Source: Selaginella moellendorffii (lineage: Eukaryota; Plantae; Lycopodiophyta). Taken from it: a stretch of DNA of 64,000 nucleotides. Position numbers and translations under genes: made by a program. Location: NCBI RefSeq assembly GCF_000143415.4, contig NW_003314320.1, forward strand, positions 494,586 to 558,585, given 5' to 3'. This document shows positions 1 through 13,300 of this stretch, one piece after another. Under the pieces are notes generated by a model. That model made no database searches, was not told where the DNA came from, and saw only the letters and a program-made list of their open reading frames with translations. Within the stretch, counting starts at the first letter, position 1; each line of letters starts with the position of its first letter.

Positions 1-3000
1 GGGATAGAAGTATGGAGTGAGTTGGAATAGTCCTAGAGTTTTGGGCATGGCTTTCACCCTTAGTCACTTGGAGTTAGTCTCTGGGATTAACTTGAATTTT
101 TTTAAATATGGAATGGTTTTAAATTGCAAATTTAGATAGGGAATTAATAAGATAATTTCTACATTCCATAGATATGCCAAATTAACAAATCTAGACACTT
201 TCCATAAATAGCAATTGAGATTAAATGGAACTAACATAAAGTGCATGGTAATAAGAGTGTTATAGCGGATACAGTAAACTATCATTTAGCAAATATTGAG
301 GGACCAAGCTCAATATTATAAAAGTTCCCAACACTAGCAAGTGCAAGCCACTATATAAATTTCTCATATTGGGTTGAGTATGCCCAACAAGAAACATATA
401 AGAGTTTCTACTTTGTTTATCTGGCATATATATGATGACCAATTTTTCAACTAACTTAACTGGAGACTGAAAGGGTTTAGCAATATTGATGTCGTGCCAT
501 CATGGTAGTAAAGAAAGAATATCCAAAAGAACTTGTCGATAGGTAATTTTACCTACAGTCACATTTACGACAAATTGCCAGTAGTGTTGGAAGTGGTTTT
601 GAATCATGCTCTCTATGGACATTAAAGTTCCTACCATAAGTATATTTCTCTATAAATGTCGAAATTCATACTATTAGTATAATTCCTTACTACAAATCTT
701 TGTTATTGAAGTCTATCCTTCCAAGTTTTTAAAAAGACATAGAGGAAGAGAAGGAAGATGGCATTCCATCTAATTTTAGTGACTTAAACTTTAGTTTAAG
801 TGTTTATATTAATAATGTTACTTTCCCAGAGCTTTGGCCATTTTCTAGTTATATGTTTCTAGACCTTTTGTCATTCTTTGCAATTAAGAGGATTTAGTAG
901 TCCGGCCACATTTGGCACCTAGATGCATCTGAAGATCCTTAAGACTAAGATCACTACTTATGCTATTTTAGAATTTTGAAGTCAACACTTTATAAATACG
1001 TATCTTAACAATCTAAATTGGAGAGGTGTATATTACAAGGTACCACCCAAAAAGGTACTTTATTATATCTGTAATAACAATGCCATAAATCATGGTGGCA
1101 CAAATTAGGTGGATCTAATTATCGAACTAAAGGATATTAGTTTAACCAATGCAAAATTTAGGAGGTTTGAGCTAATTATAACTCAGCCAGACTACAACAA
1201 ATGCACTTGAATAATAGATTCATAAGAAAAAAGAGGCTTATACACTATATAGCAACAATATCAAACATCTCCTTGTTATTTATGCTCTCTATACCAATGC
1301 AATTGCAAAACTTATGTTTCAACCACTACATTTATGAAAGAATTTTGATGTCTTTTTGTGCATTTAACTCAAGTGTCATGATGGCATATTGTAGAATAAC
1401 AACACTACAATAAGTGAAGTTAAAGCTATTTTGGGTGTTTAACTAAATAGTATTAGTGGTGTCAAGCCACTAGTATTAATGCTTGAGTAGTTAATATATA
1501 AAGATCAACTCAATTTTCAATAGCAAAATGTTTAATTGATTTACCCTAAGTTGTTAAATAATTCCATAGGAGTAAGTGGAGTGGAATTTCTTCCCTTTGG
1601 AAAGGCATGTCATGGTCTTTAATGCCTTTACTATCACTATTATACACTAACACTCATAAATTGAAAAATGAAAGTAAGGTTTATATGTGTTAACACTTTT
1701 TACCAATCATATGGCTAAGTGTTATTACCTTTGGTGAAAATGATCTTGCTATAACTTTTTAATATGGTTTATCCTCACCATCACCTTAGTCTTCGCTTTA
1801 GTGATGTTTATATTTTTTTGTTTTAAAAAAGTTTCTTCTATTGGTGGAAAAATGTTCTTCCCTTTATTCACAAAGTCATCTTCGTTAATGATCTCATTTT
1901 GGTTTAATTCTTATGCAATTACCCTTGGGAGAAATGGGCTTATCACTAAAGAGTCATTATTTGTAGTAAAAAATGTTTGTAATATCTAAATTACAAGGAC
2001 AATAACATATATTTATAAGAAGAAGATTTGATCAAGAAAATGGCCAATAGAGTAGAGATAGATGCAAATAGGCTATTAGTATCAACACTAACTAAATTTA
2101 TATGAACACATATCATAGTTAATGTTAATGCCAATGCAACCAATTAAACACCACTATGGGCTTGGGGCATCTAGACTTGCTTGTTCTAGATGCTTAGGCT
2201 GCTACTTTTTAGAAAAGAGGGAGAGGAGAAAGAAATATATTATAAGTTTAGCATATGTTGCAATATATGCAATATTAGACAATACTTCACTTACTCAAAC
2301 ACAATTAGGAATTGTAGGTGATAGCATAGTACATGCTCAAGCCCAAGTCCAAGCAAGCAAGAGCCTATGCATATGCTAAAAGTTTAGTATGGGGTGTTAA
2401 TGGTATCAAAGTTAAAGTCCCCATTGTTGATTTTGGCAAATTGAGTAGATGGTTGGTTGTCAAGGGTAATTATATATTACCCTTGAATATGAAATATCAA
2501 GTGGTTGATTGCATACTCACTATGCATTTTCTTCATAATGTCTATTATTATAAAGGTGGGTTCATGTTTCGAGCTTGCAAATTTATATAATTAAGGACGA
2601 CCTAACCACCATCATAGCTATAATGCTTTTGCTTAGGCAACAATTTTATGATTATAAGAGTGTGTGTTACAAGCCTCTAAGTTGTTTGTGTGGTAATTGA
2701 GCTCTCAACTCATCCAGTTAAATCCTCATATAACTCAGCAAAAATAAACCATTAATGAAATTATATATAGTGTAATTATAAAATGAAATCACTTTATTTG
2801 AGGCATATGTGGACTCACATAGAAATCCTAATAATTATGGTTTGTGTTAAGTACAGCCAAAAACAATTTCGCCCATTAGATCATCCTTCTATTATTATAA
2901 ATGTATATTTTTATTTTAGGTTACAAAGGCCTAGTTTTAAACATTGTTGAGAGCTCAATGTAACCAAGGAAAATAAAATATATTAGAATAAACATAACTA

Positions 3001-4323
3001 TTATTGCTTTAAAGATTATCTTTGATAAAATTACACCTTCCACGTTAGAGAAAAATGGTTCATACATATCTTCAATAATTTTTCCATTAACAACCAACAT
3101 GATAATCCTACATAAACACAATTTATGAGGAATTCTTTCAATTTGTTGCTTGAGCTCTTGTTTCATTAGTTAAACTAAATTTGTAGGAACATGAAATAAC
3201 TTGAAGTAGTCACCATATTGATAGGGACAGACTTCATAAAGATTCTAAGTTGCAACCCATATCCTTCATGAGGTATTAAGCGAAGATACAATATATACTC
3301 TGCATGTGCTATAGATTAGATATGTTAAGAATTTTTAATTCTTTTGTAGACTCAAAAAAGTGTTTATAAAACCATATTATGCACTCAAAAAGCTCTCTCC
3401 ACAAATACTAAATATGCAAAACTCTAACACTATGAGTACATTGCTATATGTAAATGTTCTACATATAAAATTCTTAGCTGTGGATCCCAATATTGGACCA
3501 TGTCCCTCTCCACCTCATTATACTATATGGTATTATTGTTTGAGATGTGTATTGTTGCTTAATGAATAGCTTGTATGTATGTATTATGGGATTTTTTAAA
3601 GGTAGCCAACAAGCTACAATATAATGAGTCACATCACAAATAATGACATATATATATATATATATATAACCATAACTTATAAACGTGAATGAATGTGTTA
3701 TTATATATGATTATAAGAAAGCAAAAATAGAAGAATACTTATAGTTTATATAGCAAGTGATTCATAATTAATTTAGTATTCCTAATGTGGGTGGGAGGTG
3801 TGGGAGTTATGGAGAACATAGCACAAATTTAAGAAGAAGGTAAAAAATAAAAGGGAGGGGCACTGCCAAGTCACTTTTGGAACAATATATTGTTTAATGG
3901 GAATTCTCATGTACTAGCCTAGCCTCAGCCACTTTATCTTCCCCCCATGCAATGTTTTCTTGTATTCTTTATCACATAGGCTTTGACTCAAGATAATTGA
4001 TTCAAGCTTAATTCATCTTTTTAGTGGCAGAGAGCAGATAGAGGACAATTTCCCTTGGTTGTGCCTAGCAATTTAATTGCATATACCAAGTGTGTATACC
4101 AAGAGAAATTGTTCTTGTTCTTGGTTGAGAAAAATTTGCTACTTTAGGCTAGTTCCCTGGAACAAATTTACTTAATCTATAATACTATACAATTGAAACC
4201 CCTAGCTGCTTACAATCCTCTTCAATGAAGAAGAAGTTTATCAATCTTTCTCTTAAGCTCTGAGTAACATATGATTGCTACACTGGGCTGGAGGAAATTG
4301 GTGGGATGCATTAGTTTGACCTT

Positions 4324-4396
4324 GCCGTCCTAGCTCAGCTGGCAGAGCACGTGGCTTTTAATCACATGGTCGTGGGTTCGAACCCCACGGACGGTA
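4324..4396 (+). tRNA. trnK-UUU: tRNA-Lys(UUU), slightly degenerate
   Basis: Cloverleaf: acceptor GCCGTCC/GGACGGT, D arm GCTC..GAGC, anticodon loop CTTTTAA, T arm GTGGG-TTCGAAC-CCCAC, followed by T-runs. Has a C27:A43 mismatch and a G31:U39 pair. Confidence 0.88.
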
Positions 4397-4437
4397 ACAT
4401 CCTTTGTTTTTAGGGTTTTTCTTTTAGGTCTCCTTTC

Positions 4438-6122
4438 ATGGACGACATTCTCGTCCTCGACAACGGCGGGGGTTTTGTCAAGGCGGGTATCGTCGGCACG
4501 CATGACGATCCAATCGTCGTCCCCAACTGCCTAGCTCGCCCACGCGGCTCCAAGAAATGGATAATCGCCGATCAGCTGGAGAAATGCGACGAGATTCAAG
4601 GTATTTCTCTCCGCCGTCCCTTCGATCGCGGCTATCTCGTCCACTGCGATGCCGAGAAGGAGGTCTGGGACCGTGTCTTCAAGGCGCTCGTTAAGGTTCG
4701 CCCGCCGGAGACGGCATTGTTCCTCGTCGAGCCCCCTTTCACTCTGGGTTCCATCCGCAAGAACACCGACGAGCTCGTGTTTGAGGAGTTTGGATTCCAG
4801 AGCCTCTTCGTCTCTCACGCCGCGCCGCTGGTCCACTTATACGAAGCAAATCGGAGGCCCAAGAGCAGGCTGGCTCTCGGGAATTGCAGCTTGGTGGTGG
4901 ATTGCGGATTCTCCTTCACGCACGCCGTGCCAATCGTGCAAGGATTTCCAGTCTACCATGGCATCAAGAGGATCAATCTCGGCGGCAAAGCTCTCACGAA
5001 TTATCTCAAGGAGCTCGTTTCCTACAGGGCCTGGAATGTCATGGACGAGACTTATATCATGGAGGATGTGAAGCATTCACTGTGCTTTTGCTCCAAGAAT
5101 GTTCTTGGCGACCTCGACGTGGCAAGGTGGTGTTCTCGATTTAAAGCTTTTCGTCTTGTTTTGACACAGTGGTGGATTCAGGAAGAAGGGACGGGAGAAC
5201 TATATCCGCTGCCAGTACGTTCTTCCGGATGGTGTCAAGAACAAACGTGGATTTGTCAAGGATCCCGCTGCCGCTGCCGCTTATTTTTCCAAGCAAGGTG
5301 GAGAGAAACAGGGAGAAGAGAAAGAAGAGGCCCAAGCTCCGATGGATGTTGATGCCGCTGTGGACGAGGCTGCGGAAGCTTCAGATCCAAATCGACGAAA
5401 TGCTATTCCCGTTGGTGATGATCAGGTAACTTGGAACTTCCTTTCTTTTGTTCTTTGACTATCTCTGGATGAATTGGACAGGAACTTACACTGACCAACG
5501 AGCGATTCATGGTGCCCGAGATGTTGTTCCAGCCCGCAGATCTTGGTATGGCCGTGAACTTTTCAGTTTTTTAGTGAAAAGCTGACACATCAGTGCTGCT
5601 TAATTGAAGGCATGGAAGAAGCTGGGCTTTCCGAATGCATCGTCCGAGCTATCAACTCTTGCCACCCGGATCTTCATCCTTTGCTCTACTCCAAGTACAT
5701 TTCTTTACGCTTTGAAGTGCTGTTTAACCGAGTTTTTTACAGCATCATACTGACTGGAGGATGCGTCCAGTTCCCATTTTTCAAGGAGAAACTGTAAGGA
5801 TCTCAAAGTTTCTTCTTTGAGACATTCACAAACTTCCCTGTTCTTCCATTTTGTGACACAGGGAAAGCGAGCTCAGACCTCTGGTACCTGATGAATACAA
5901 CCTCAATATCCAACTCACAGACAGGTTAGCTTCAAATGAAAAAAAGGACTAAGGGGGATTTACTCTGCCTCTGTTTTTACTTGCTTGTGTAGTCCGATCA
6001 AAGCTCCATGGTATGGAGGAGCCCTGCTAGCTTCTAGTCCTGAGTTTCAAGGCTGCTCGGTGACAAAGAAACAGTACGAAGAGGAGGGCTCTCACAGGTG
6101 TCGGTGGAGATTCTTGCAGTGA
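4438..6122 (+). CDS. ARP6: Actin-related protein 6 (SWR1 complex), multi-exon
   Basis: LVLDNGGG, RRPFDRGYL, VVDCGFSFTH, LGGKALTNYLKELVSYR, NERFMVPEMLFQPADLG, IILTGG, YEEEGS motifs joined by short GT-AG introns; TGA at 6120-6122. Confidence 0.93.
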
Positions 6123-6244
6123 GTGGATCGCTCCAACTCCGTGAAAAGCTCTACGGTGTTTTCAAGGCTGCCGAATCGGTAGGACAAGGAAAGAAATATC
6201 ATCTCAGAGGTAAGAAATTTTTGCAGTGAAAATCCAACGTAAAG

Positions 6245-7049
6245 TTAGTCTCTAACCAAGCACGATTCGTAGAAGATCGGGCGGGCATGCCAGCCTTCGG
6301 CTACTGTGAGCACCATTATTACATCGTCCGTGATGTCTAGCTCCTCGGAAACCTCTGAAAGAAAATCACAAGGTTAGAAACAAAAGGAATTTTTCTAAAG
6401 TTTTGTGAGGGGCGCATGCCTTTGTACTGGGCCTGGAGAAGCTTTGCAGTGGTCGTCGTCTCGCACCACACATGAAGAACACACTGGGAGAAGCTGTGCC
6501 TGTCCGTCACTCCATGCCTCGCCACAACCTGTGAGGGATGAGAGATTTAGCAAAGTTCCAAGAGTAGAAAAATTTCGCTTTTACCAGTCCAAAGAGTTTC
6601 TTGTAGAGCAGCCTGTAAGCCATCTGCGGGGAGAAGTCTTCCGGATTCGGGTAAGACATCGCCCTGGTGACCGAAACTCCGACTCTCTGGCCATACAGGT
6701 TGCAAATGTAATCCACCTTCTTCCAGTTCATGGCGCAGTACTCCACCTCCATCTCCGTCACCACGTCCGTGGCTTTGAACTTCCTCACGAAATACTCCAC
6801 CGAGAGGGACTGCATGCACGAGGAGTCCATCGCCAGAAACGACTATAAAACAGAAAATATGATAACATATATTCTTGTACTTACCTCAGAGATGGTAGAC
6901 GTTCCCCCGGCATTGCTTTCAGTGGCCACGCGCATGGCATCTCGTCCCAGCCCGAATTTCACGAAGGACGAGAACGCCTCAAACCTTCCAACGAAAACTT
7001 GCCTGCGCTTGGCATCTCCCACGGCAGTAGTAGCAGTAGCAGCAGCAGC

Positions 7050-7080
<31 letters not shown>

Positions 7081-7988
7081 ACTTGTGCTACTTCTGTTAC
7101 TTCCGGCGATGTCTCGAACAAATCCGCCGCGGAAGATGCCTCGTCGAAGCTTGGAGGAGTAGAGGGTCTCCTGTGCTCCGCAAGAGCTAGCGTGAGCAGC
7201 AGATTCTCCTTCAGCGGCGAGATGACGACGAAGTCCTTGTTGAGCATGAGATAGACAGGGGGCAAGTAGCCGGATGGTGGTGGTGGTGGCGCGGAGAGGG
7301 CCCCCTTCCCAGCATCTCGGCTCGCAAAACCATTCGGCTCCTCCGGCGATGATGGATTGGAAGAGTTGTCAAAGGCAGCTTGGCGACACCTCTTTTGTTG
7401 CTGCTGCTGGTGCGAGGAAGGCATGAGAATGGGAGGCAGCCGCATCCATCCTTTGCCACTGCTACCACCACTCTCAATTCCAAGTCTCCTCCCTGCTAGC
7501 GAGAATCCATCTCCTCCATTTCTTTCATCTTCTCCTCCCAGCTGTTGGCTTTGCTGAGTGGGACCTTTGGTGCCTAGAATATCCTCGCGCTCATCCGCGA
7601 TGCGAGTAGCCAGGGAATTACGCTCTAAAACGCCGCTAAACCTCTCTTGTTGCCGCGGAGCGAGCGATGGCCACTGCGAGTCACCGAGACTAAACCTGGA
7701 CGTGGATCTCCCGAAATTTCCCTGCCAGGGGCACGATTCTGCCGCCCAGGAGCACGATTTCTCCCGGAATTCGCAAGCCCCGGGGAGCGACGGCCACGCC
7801 GTGTAATCCTCGCGCTCCAGGGGATTCCTCTGCCCGATGGCCGGAAATCCATGGATTTCGAGGCCGTTTCGAGCGTTGTCTCCATGGCCGCGGCCTACCT
7901 CGTCATCCTGGAGCTCGCTGAACAAGCCGGCGGCATCCAAGAACGGAGGAATTCGAGTTCCGGGTTGTGGAAACCCGTCCCTGGACAT
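6245..7988 (-). CDS. AAC4-like protein (low-complexity N-terminus, C-terminal putative nuclease-like domain), 4 exons
   Basis: Spliced C-terminus SNAGGTSTISE-SLSVEYF...EMEVEY...KKVDYIC...VGVSVTRAM...LLYKKLFGL-VVAR...CVLHVWC; last intron 6355-6419 is GC-AG. Family assigned from recalled motif, start codon uncertain. Confidence 0.65.
7023..7080. repeat. (GCA/GTA)n microsatellite encoding poly-Ala/Thr on the minus strand
   Basis: Direct trinucleotide run in the sequence. Confidence 0.9.
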
Positions 7989-8381
7989 TTACCGTGGATT
8001 TGTTGTTGGTGTTCTTGGTGTTCTTCATCGTGCTGTTCTTCGCTGCCTCGAGCGCGCCCTAGCGAAATCTTGCCCTCCTAGAACATGGCGCCTTCTCTTT
8101 CCCCACTACTACTCTGAAAGCCTATTTTTCCTACCTTGGAGTTTTCCCTCCGGTGGAAGGAAGCAGCCCTCCACCGTTGGATGGCGAAAGGGCGCCGGTG
8201 AACCGACGGCATCGCGCGGGAGAATCTAACGGCGCTGGTGAAGTAGGATTTTGCCCCGTTAAACGTGGATACTCGAATATTCTATATTCGCATTTATTGT
8301 TAGGGTTCTTCCGATGAGGGGGAGATTTTAGCGCATCGGTGTAGCGCAAAACTCCAGCGATCGGCTGCGGGCTGTAGAGCG

Positions 8382-9429
8382 ATGTCCTACTGTTCTCTGT
8401 GGTTCGATGGCGCATCCAGAGGCAACGGCACGGGATCGACCGTGGCGGGCTATGGATTCGTGCTGCAAGATCCTCGCGGCGCGCCTCTCGTCCAGGCGTC
8501 CGAGTTCCTGGGGCATGATTTCACCAACAATCAGGCCGAGTACAAGGCGCTCATCGCTGGGCTGCGCAAGGCGAGGGCCATAAACATCAAGAACATCTAC
8601 ATCCGGGGCGATTCCGAGCTCGTCATCTATCAGGTATTCCGGTTCTATCTTTTGGTCCTCACTAGTATCTAGTGATCGCGCTTCTAGTGCTTGATCAGTG
8701 ATCTAGAAGTTCTAGTGCTTGAGCAGTGATTTAGAAGTTCTAGTAGTTGAGCAGTGATCTCGAAGTTCTAGTGAGCCAATCCATGCATGGTATTCTTTTC
8801 CTTTGCTTTTTTGGGAGGAGAGAAAAATTGATCACACTGTCAGTCCCCCACACTTTGGAAAGAGGTAAAGGTACTGGAAGCATTGATCACACACGCTTCC
8901 CATCCCTTCACTTGTCGGTTCTAATTTTTCGTTTTCTATAGCCATTCCATCTCGCTCACTACTCCGATCACCATCGATCTATCGAAAGTGAGCTAGAAGA
9001 TCACGATCACAGCTCTGACGTTTATAAGTTTTCCAGGTTCGAGGAATTTACAGAGCCAGGAACCCGACGCTGCGCCGCTACTTGTCCGAGGTGATGGATC
9101 TACTCGACTGCTTCGACATCTATGCCACCGATCACGTCCGCCGCGAACAAAACCAGCTCGCCGACGCGCTCGCGATCGACGGCCTCCGCAAGATCTACGA
9201 CGATTACTGCTATGGCTACCGGGCGATCCTCCAGTGCTGCTACTACGATACCGGGGCATGGAAGTACCTCCTCAACCAGCGAGTCCGGGGCTACTGGAGG
9301 ATGAAGTACATGCTCTTGGTGATCCAGGATGAGTTTCCGGATGTTTATGACGTGATCGAGGGCTGGTGCTATGGTCTCGGCATCCACGACCAGCACGATG
9401 ACATTGCCCACATCTTGGCGCTCTACTAG
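8382..9429 (+). CDS. Stand-alone RNase HI (archaeal/Ty3-aRNH-like), 2 exons 8382-8633 and 9037-9429, 214 aa
   Basis: WFDGASRGN, TNNQAEYKALIAGL, IRGDSELVIYQ|VRG, HVRREQNQLADALA; all four acidic catalytic residues present; phase-0 GT-AG intron keeps the frame. Confidence 0.88.
8680..8773. repeat. About 28-bp minisatellite, ~3.3 copies, in the RNase H intron
   Basis: Unit TTCTAGTGCTTGAGCAGTGATCTAGAAG repeated with few changes. Confidence 0.85.
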
Positions 9430-9585
9430 CTAGAATATCCTTGGTTTGAAAACAAGCGGGAATTTATGTTGTTCCGTATTGTTTAGGGTTATTGTCCCGT
9501 TTTACTCGAATATTCGTTTTTTGCATTTCTTAGGGTTTTTCATTGAGGGGAAGATTTCCACAAACTCCAGCGATCCGTAGAGCGA

Positions 9586-10238
9586 ATGTCATATTCTCTG
9601 TGGTTCCATGGCGCATGCAGCGGAAATGGCATGGGATTGACCGAGGCTGGCTATGGATTCGTGCTGCAAGATCCTCGCGGCGCGCATCTCTTTTAGGCGT
9701 CCGATTCAATTTCACCAATAGTCAGGCCGACTACAAGGCGCTCATCGCTGGGCTGCGCAAGGCGAGGGGCATAAACATCAAGAACATCGACATTCGTGGC
9801 GACTCCGAGCTCGTCGTTAATCAGGTATTTCTTTCTCTTTTCTCCGGGTTTTTCCTTTAGTGCGAGTCTCACTTCTTGTGATCTAGAAGGTCTAGTGTGA
9901 GCTCGAAGATCAAGATCTCCAGATGACGTTTATTTTTCCAGGTTCGCGGAACTTTTGACCCCGGTACTGGTCCGATTTCCTCGGCTGCTCTGACAACTAT
10001 ACCATCAATCACGTCCGCTGCGACCAAAACCGGCTTGCCGAGTTGCTTGCTGGCAAGGGCCTCTGCAAGATCTATGCCGATTACTGCTATGGCGACCGGG
10101 TGATCCTCCAGTCCTGCTACTACTTCACCGGCGCGATGAAGTACCTCCTCAACCAGCGCATCCGGGCTACTGGAGGATGAGCTACATGTCACAATAAGGA
10201 CGATGACGACATTGCCCACATCTTGGCGCTCTACTAGC
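9586..10238 (+). pseudogene. Tandem degenerate copy of the RNase HI gene
   Basis: Same exon/intron layout (FTNSQADYKALIAGLRKAR..GDSELVVNQ; ends DDIAHILALY*), but frameshifted and catalytic E changed to D; upstream sequence also duplicated. Confidence 0.88.
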
Positions 10239-10374
10239 TGAAATATCGCATATCCGTCTTGTTTTAAAAACTGGCGGGAATTTATGTACGGTATGGTTAC
10301 GTACGGTCGGAGGTGTAAATTAGGGTTTATGGGGCATTGGAAATTTAGGGCTTTGAAGATTAGCGAGAGAAGCG

Positions 10375-13300
10375 ATGGCGTCGTCGTCGTCCAGCGCCGA
10401 GGAGGAGCTCGCGATGGTGGAGCGATTTCTCACTCGCCTGGTGTTCACCGAGGATGCGCAGCTGGAGAAGGTGTTGTCTAAGCTCCTCCCCTACGCGATC
10501 TCGCTCATGTCATCGAGCAGCAATGCCACCAGAGTCAAGGTAGGATCTTTTTTGGGGGAAAATGCGATCGTGATTGGGAGATTGAGATTATAGGTGACTG
10601 AAATGCTGAGCCACATCAATAAGCGTGTCAAGGAGCAACTTTCTATCAAGTTGCCGCTTGCAGAGCTCCTCGGTGTCTACAGGCGGCCCGATGCGGCGGT
10701 GATCGTGAAGAACTTCTCGCTGGTTTACATTGAGATGGCATTTGATCGATCCACCTCTGAAGTAAGCGTTTTCTCTATCGTTCTTTCGTAATGCGGCTTA
10801 AACTTTTAGGAACAAATAGCCATTGTTCCTGAGATGCTCACTGGGCTCGCATCTTTTCCTCCGCTGCATAGGGATATATTTTTAAGGACTACTGCCAAGG
10901 TCTGGGATTCAATTCATTCGCACTGAAAGATAGAAGACTTTGAACAGGCTTTAGAGAAGCTTTCTTCGGATCGAGTCTTTGAGGGTGTAGCAACAAAGCT
11001 GAAGGCTTGTCTTTCGTCCCAAGACTACCCGATCTTGTTCGAATTTATTTCCCAAACCTTGTTATATCAAGTTCCATCGGCTTCTCAAGAAGGGTATTTA
11101 CAAATGCTGCTTTTTGTGATTGCTTTATAACTTTATTTTCTGATCTAGAGTTCCACCACCAGGTCTTTCGTTGGCGCAGGTGGCTCGTGTGTGTGGTAAA
11201 ACGCCGATCCAAAGCGACCACCTTGTTCCTCGAAAGGTAGTTGTGTTCATGAAGTTCTTTCTATAATTGTTTTGGTCGCAATAGATGGGATTCCTCAATC
11301 TAATTGCGAAGATGGAAGTTGCGCCCCAAGATGTTTATTTTACTCTGCTTGTTGCTTCCTCAGACAGGTATGATTTGTGATGACAACATTTTAAGCCCTA
11401 TCTTTTGCTTGCAGAAACGATTTGGTTGCAAAGCGAGGTGAGGAGCTGCTGAAGAAGAAGGCATCCGGTGTTAACATGGAGGATAAAACGTTTGTGAAGA
11501 GTCTGTTCACGATTTTTCTCGGTGAGTATCTATTACGTTGCATTCTTCTTTTTATTTCTCTGATTGCATGCCGCTTTTCAGGCACCCCCGCTAACGATCG
11601 AGTACCTGCTGATGGAAAAGTTAGCGCTGCTAGTCCGATACTGAAGGCTAAGATCATGAGCGCGCTTACCCATTCTGTTGCAGCAGCAAATATCTTCCCG
11701 ATGACTCTGCAATGCATTTTCGACTGTTTCAATGGTACGACAATAAGCGCCCAGGCATGTAAAGATGTCTAACAGTTTTTTGCAGGACAAGCCACGACCA
11801 AAAAACTGAAACAAGCAGGGATGGAGTTCACCGTGTGGGTTTTTAAGCATGTACGTGTTTTACTTGTAACATGTGTAATGCTCAAGCCTGTATTTTCTTA
11901 TGCAGGCCTCTAGCGACCAACTTAAGTTGATGGCTCCCCTCATTCTTAGTCACTTCATCAAGTTTCTTGATGAAAAGGAAATAGGTGCGTTGCTTTAATT
12001 ATGGTCGATCACCCTATCTGTTTCTGCAGACCCGGCCATGTACCCTATGAGAGTGTTTGGATATCAAGCTGTTGGTCAGCTCGCACAACGCGCACCTCAT
12101 CTCTTTCGGTCTGTTGCTGTTAAATTTACTTGCGGTTTTTACTTCCTGTTTAACAGGAGCAATTCTGACATGGCAAAGCGTCTTTTTCGTGCGCTGCAAG
12201 TGGAAGACGCATCAATGCGTGTCACCCTGCAGGAGGCGGTAAATGCATTAGCTATGGCCTATAAGGTTTGTGATTCCGTTCCACTCCAGACCCAGTTGTT
12301 TATTGTGCTTTACAGGACTGCCCGCCAACAGTAGAAAAGGACATCGAAGATTTGTTATTGGAAAACATGAATTCTGTGAGACTTACGGTTTTAGTCTCCG
12401 ACAGTGTTGACACCTGATGTATAGGTTCAAGGGGAAGTTCGGTTTTGTGTCATTTTCTGGGCAACACGATTATATAAATCAAGTCACGTTCCAAGTCGCT
12501 ACCTCTGTATGTGTGGAGCTGGCGACTCGAAACTTGATATAAGGTAATTCATTATTTTCCACAATACCAAGTTCGCAGCTGACGAAATGCTATACATACA
12601 GGGAGTTGAGCTCAGAGGGGTTGCAAATCACAAAGGGCTCTGTCAGCAGCAACGCTAACACATACCCGCCGCTGAAAGAACTGATGTCCTTCATCTGCGA
12701 AAAGCAGCCTGGCATTATGAAGCCGTCTGTTGTCGGGGAACGCAATCTTCTTTTTCCTCCAAAGGTCTACGTTGCAATGGTATCTTATCTTATGAAGTGC
12801 TACGAGCTTAGAACTCAAGAGGAAGAAGAAATCGTGTCTTTGCGTTTGCTGTTGGAACATGGAATGGCATATGAAGGGGTGGCCGAACTTCATGCTTTGT
12901 GCTCTGCCGGACTTCTCACTCTTGCTTCGGAACAACCTACTGTGAGTTCCAAGTTTTTACTACGGTTTCTATTGACATTATGTTTTGCAGAAATTCGCAC
13001 AACTTTATGCTGAACGTATTGACTGGCTAAAACAGTTTCTGGGAAACATTGATGTGAATACTCGTGAGTCTATCAGTCGACTATTGGGAATCGTGATCGG
13101 TGGATTAGATCCTCTGCAAGCTTCGGATTTGCTGAAAAGTTTTGTCGAGGGAACCACAAAAAATCGGTATTTTCTCCCCTTCCATACAATTGTGAAAACT
13201 AAGCACTGTTCAGCAGGTTCGAAAATGCACATGGTTCGATATGTTCAGCAGGCTATGCATTGGCTCAATGTAGGACTGGAGTTCCTTCTGTAAGTAATCG

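Noticed and set aside
1-4300. Short ORFs in the AT-rich, CpG-poor left arm
   Set aside because: No recognisable motifs; probably old methylated TE debris, but no family can be supported.
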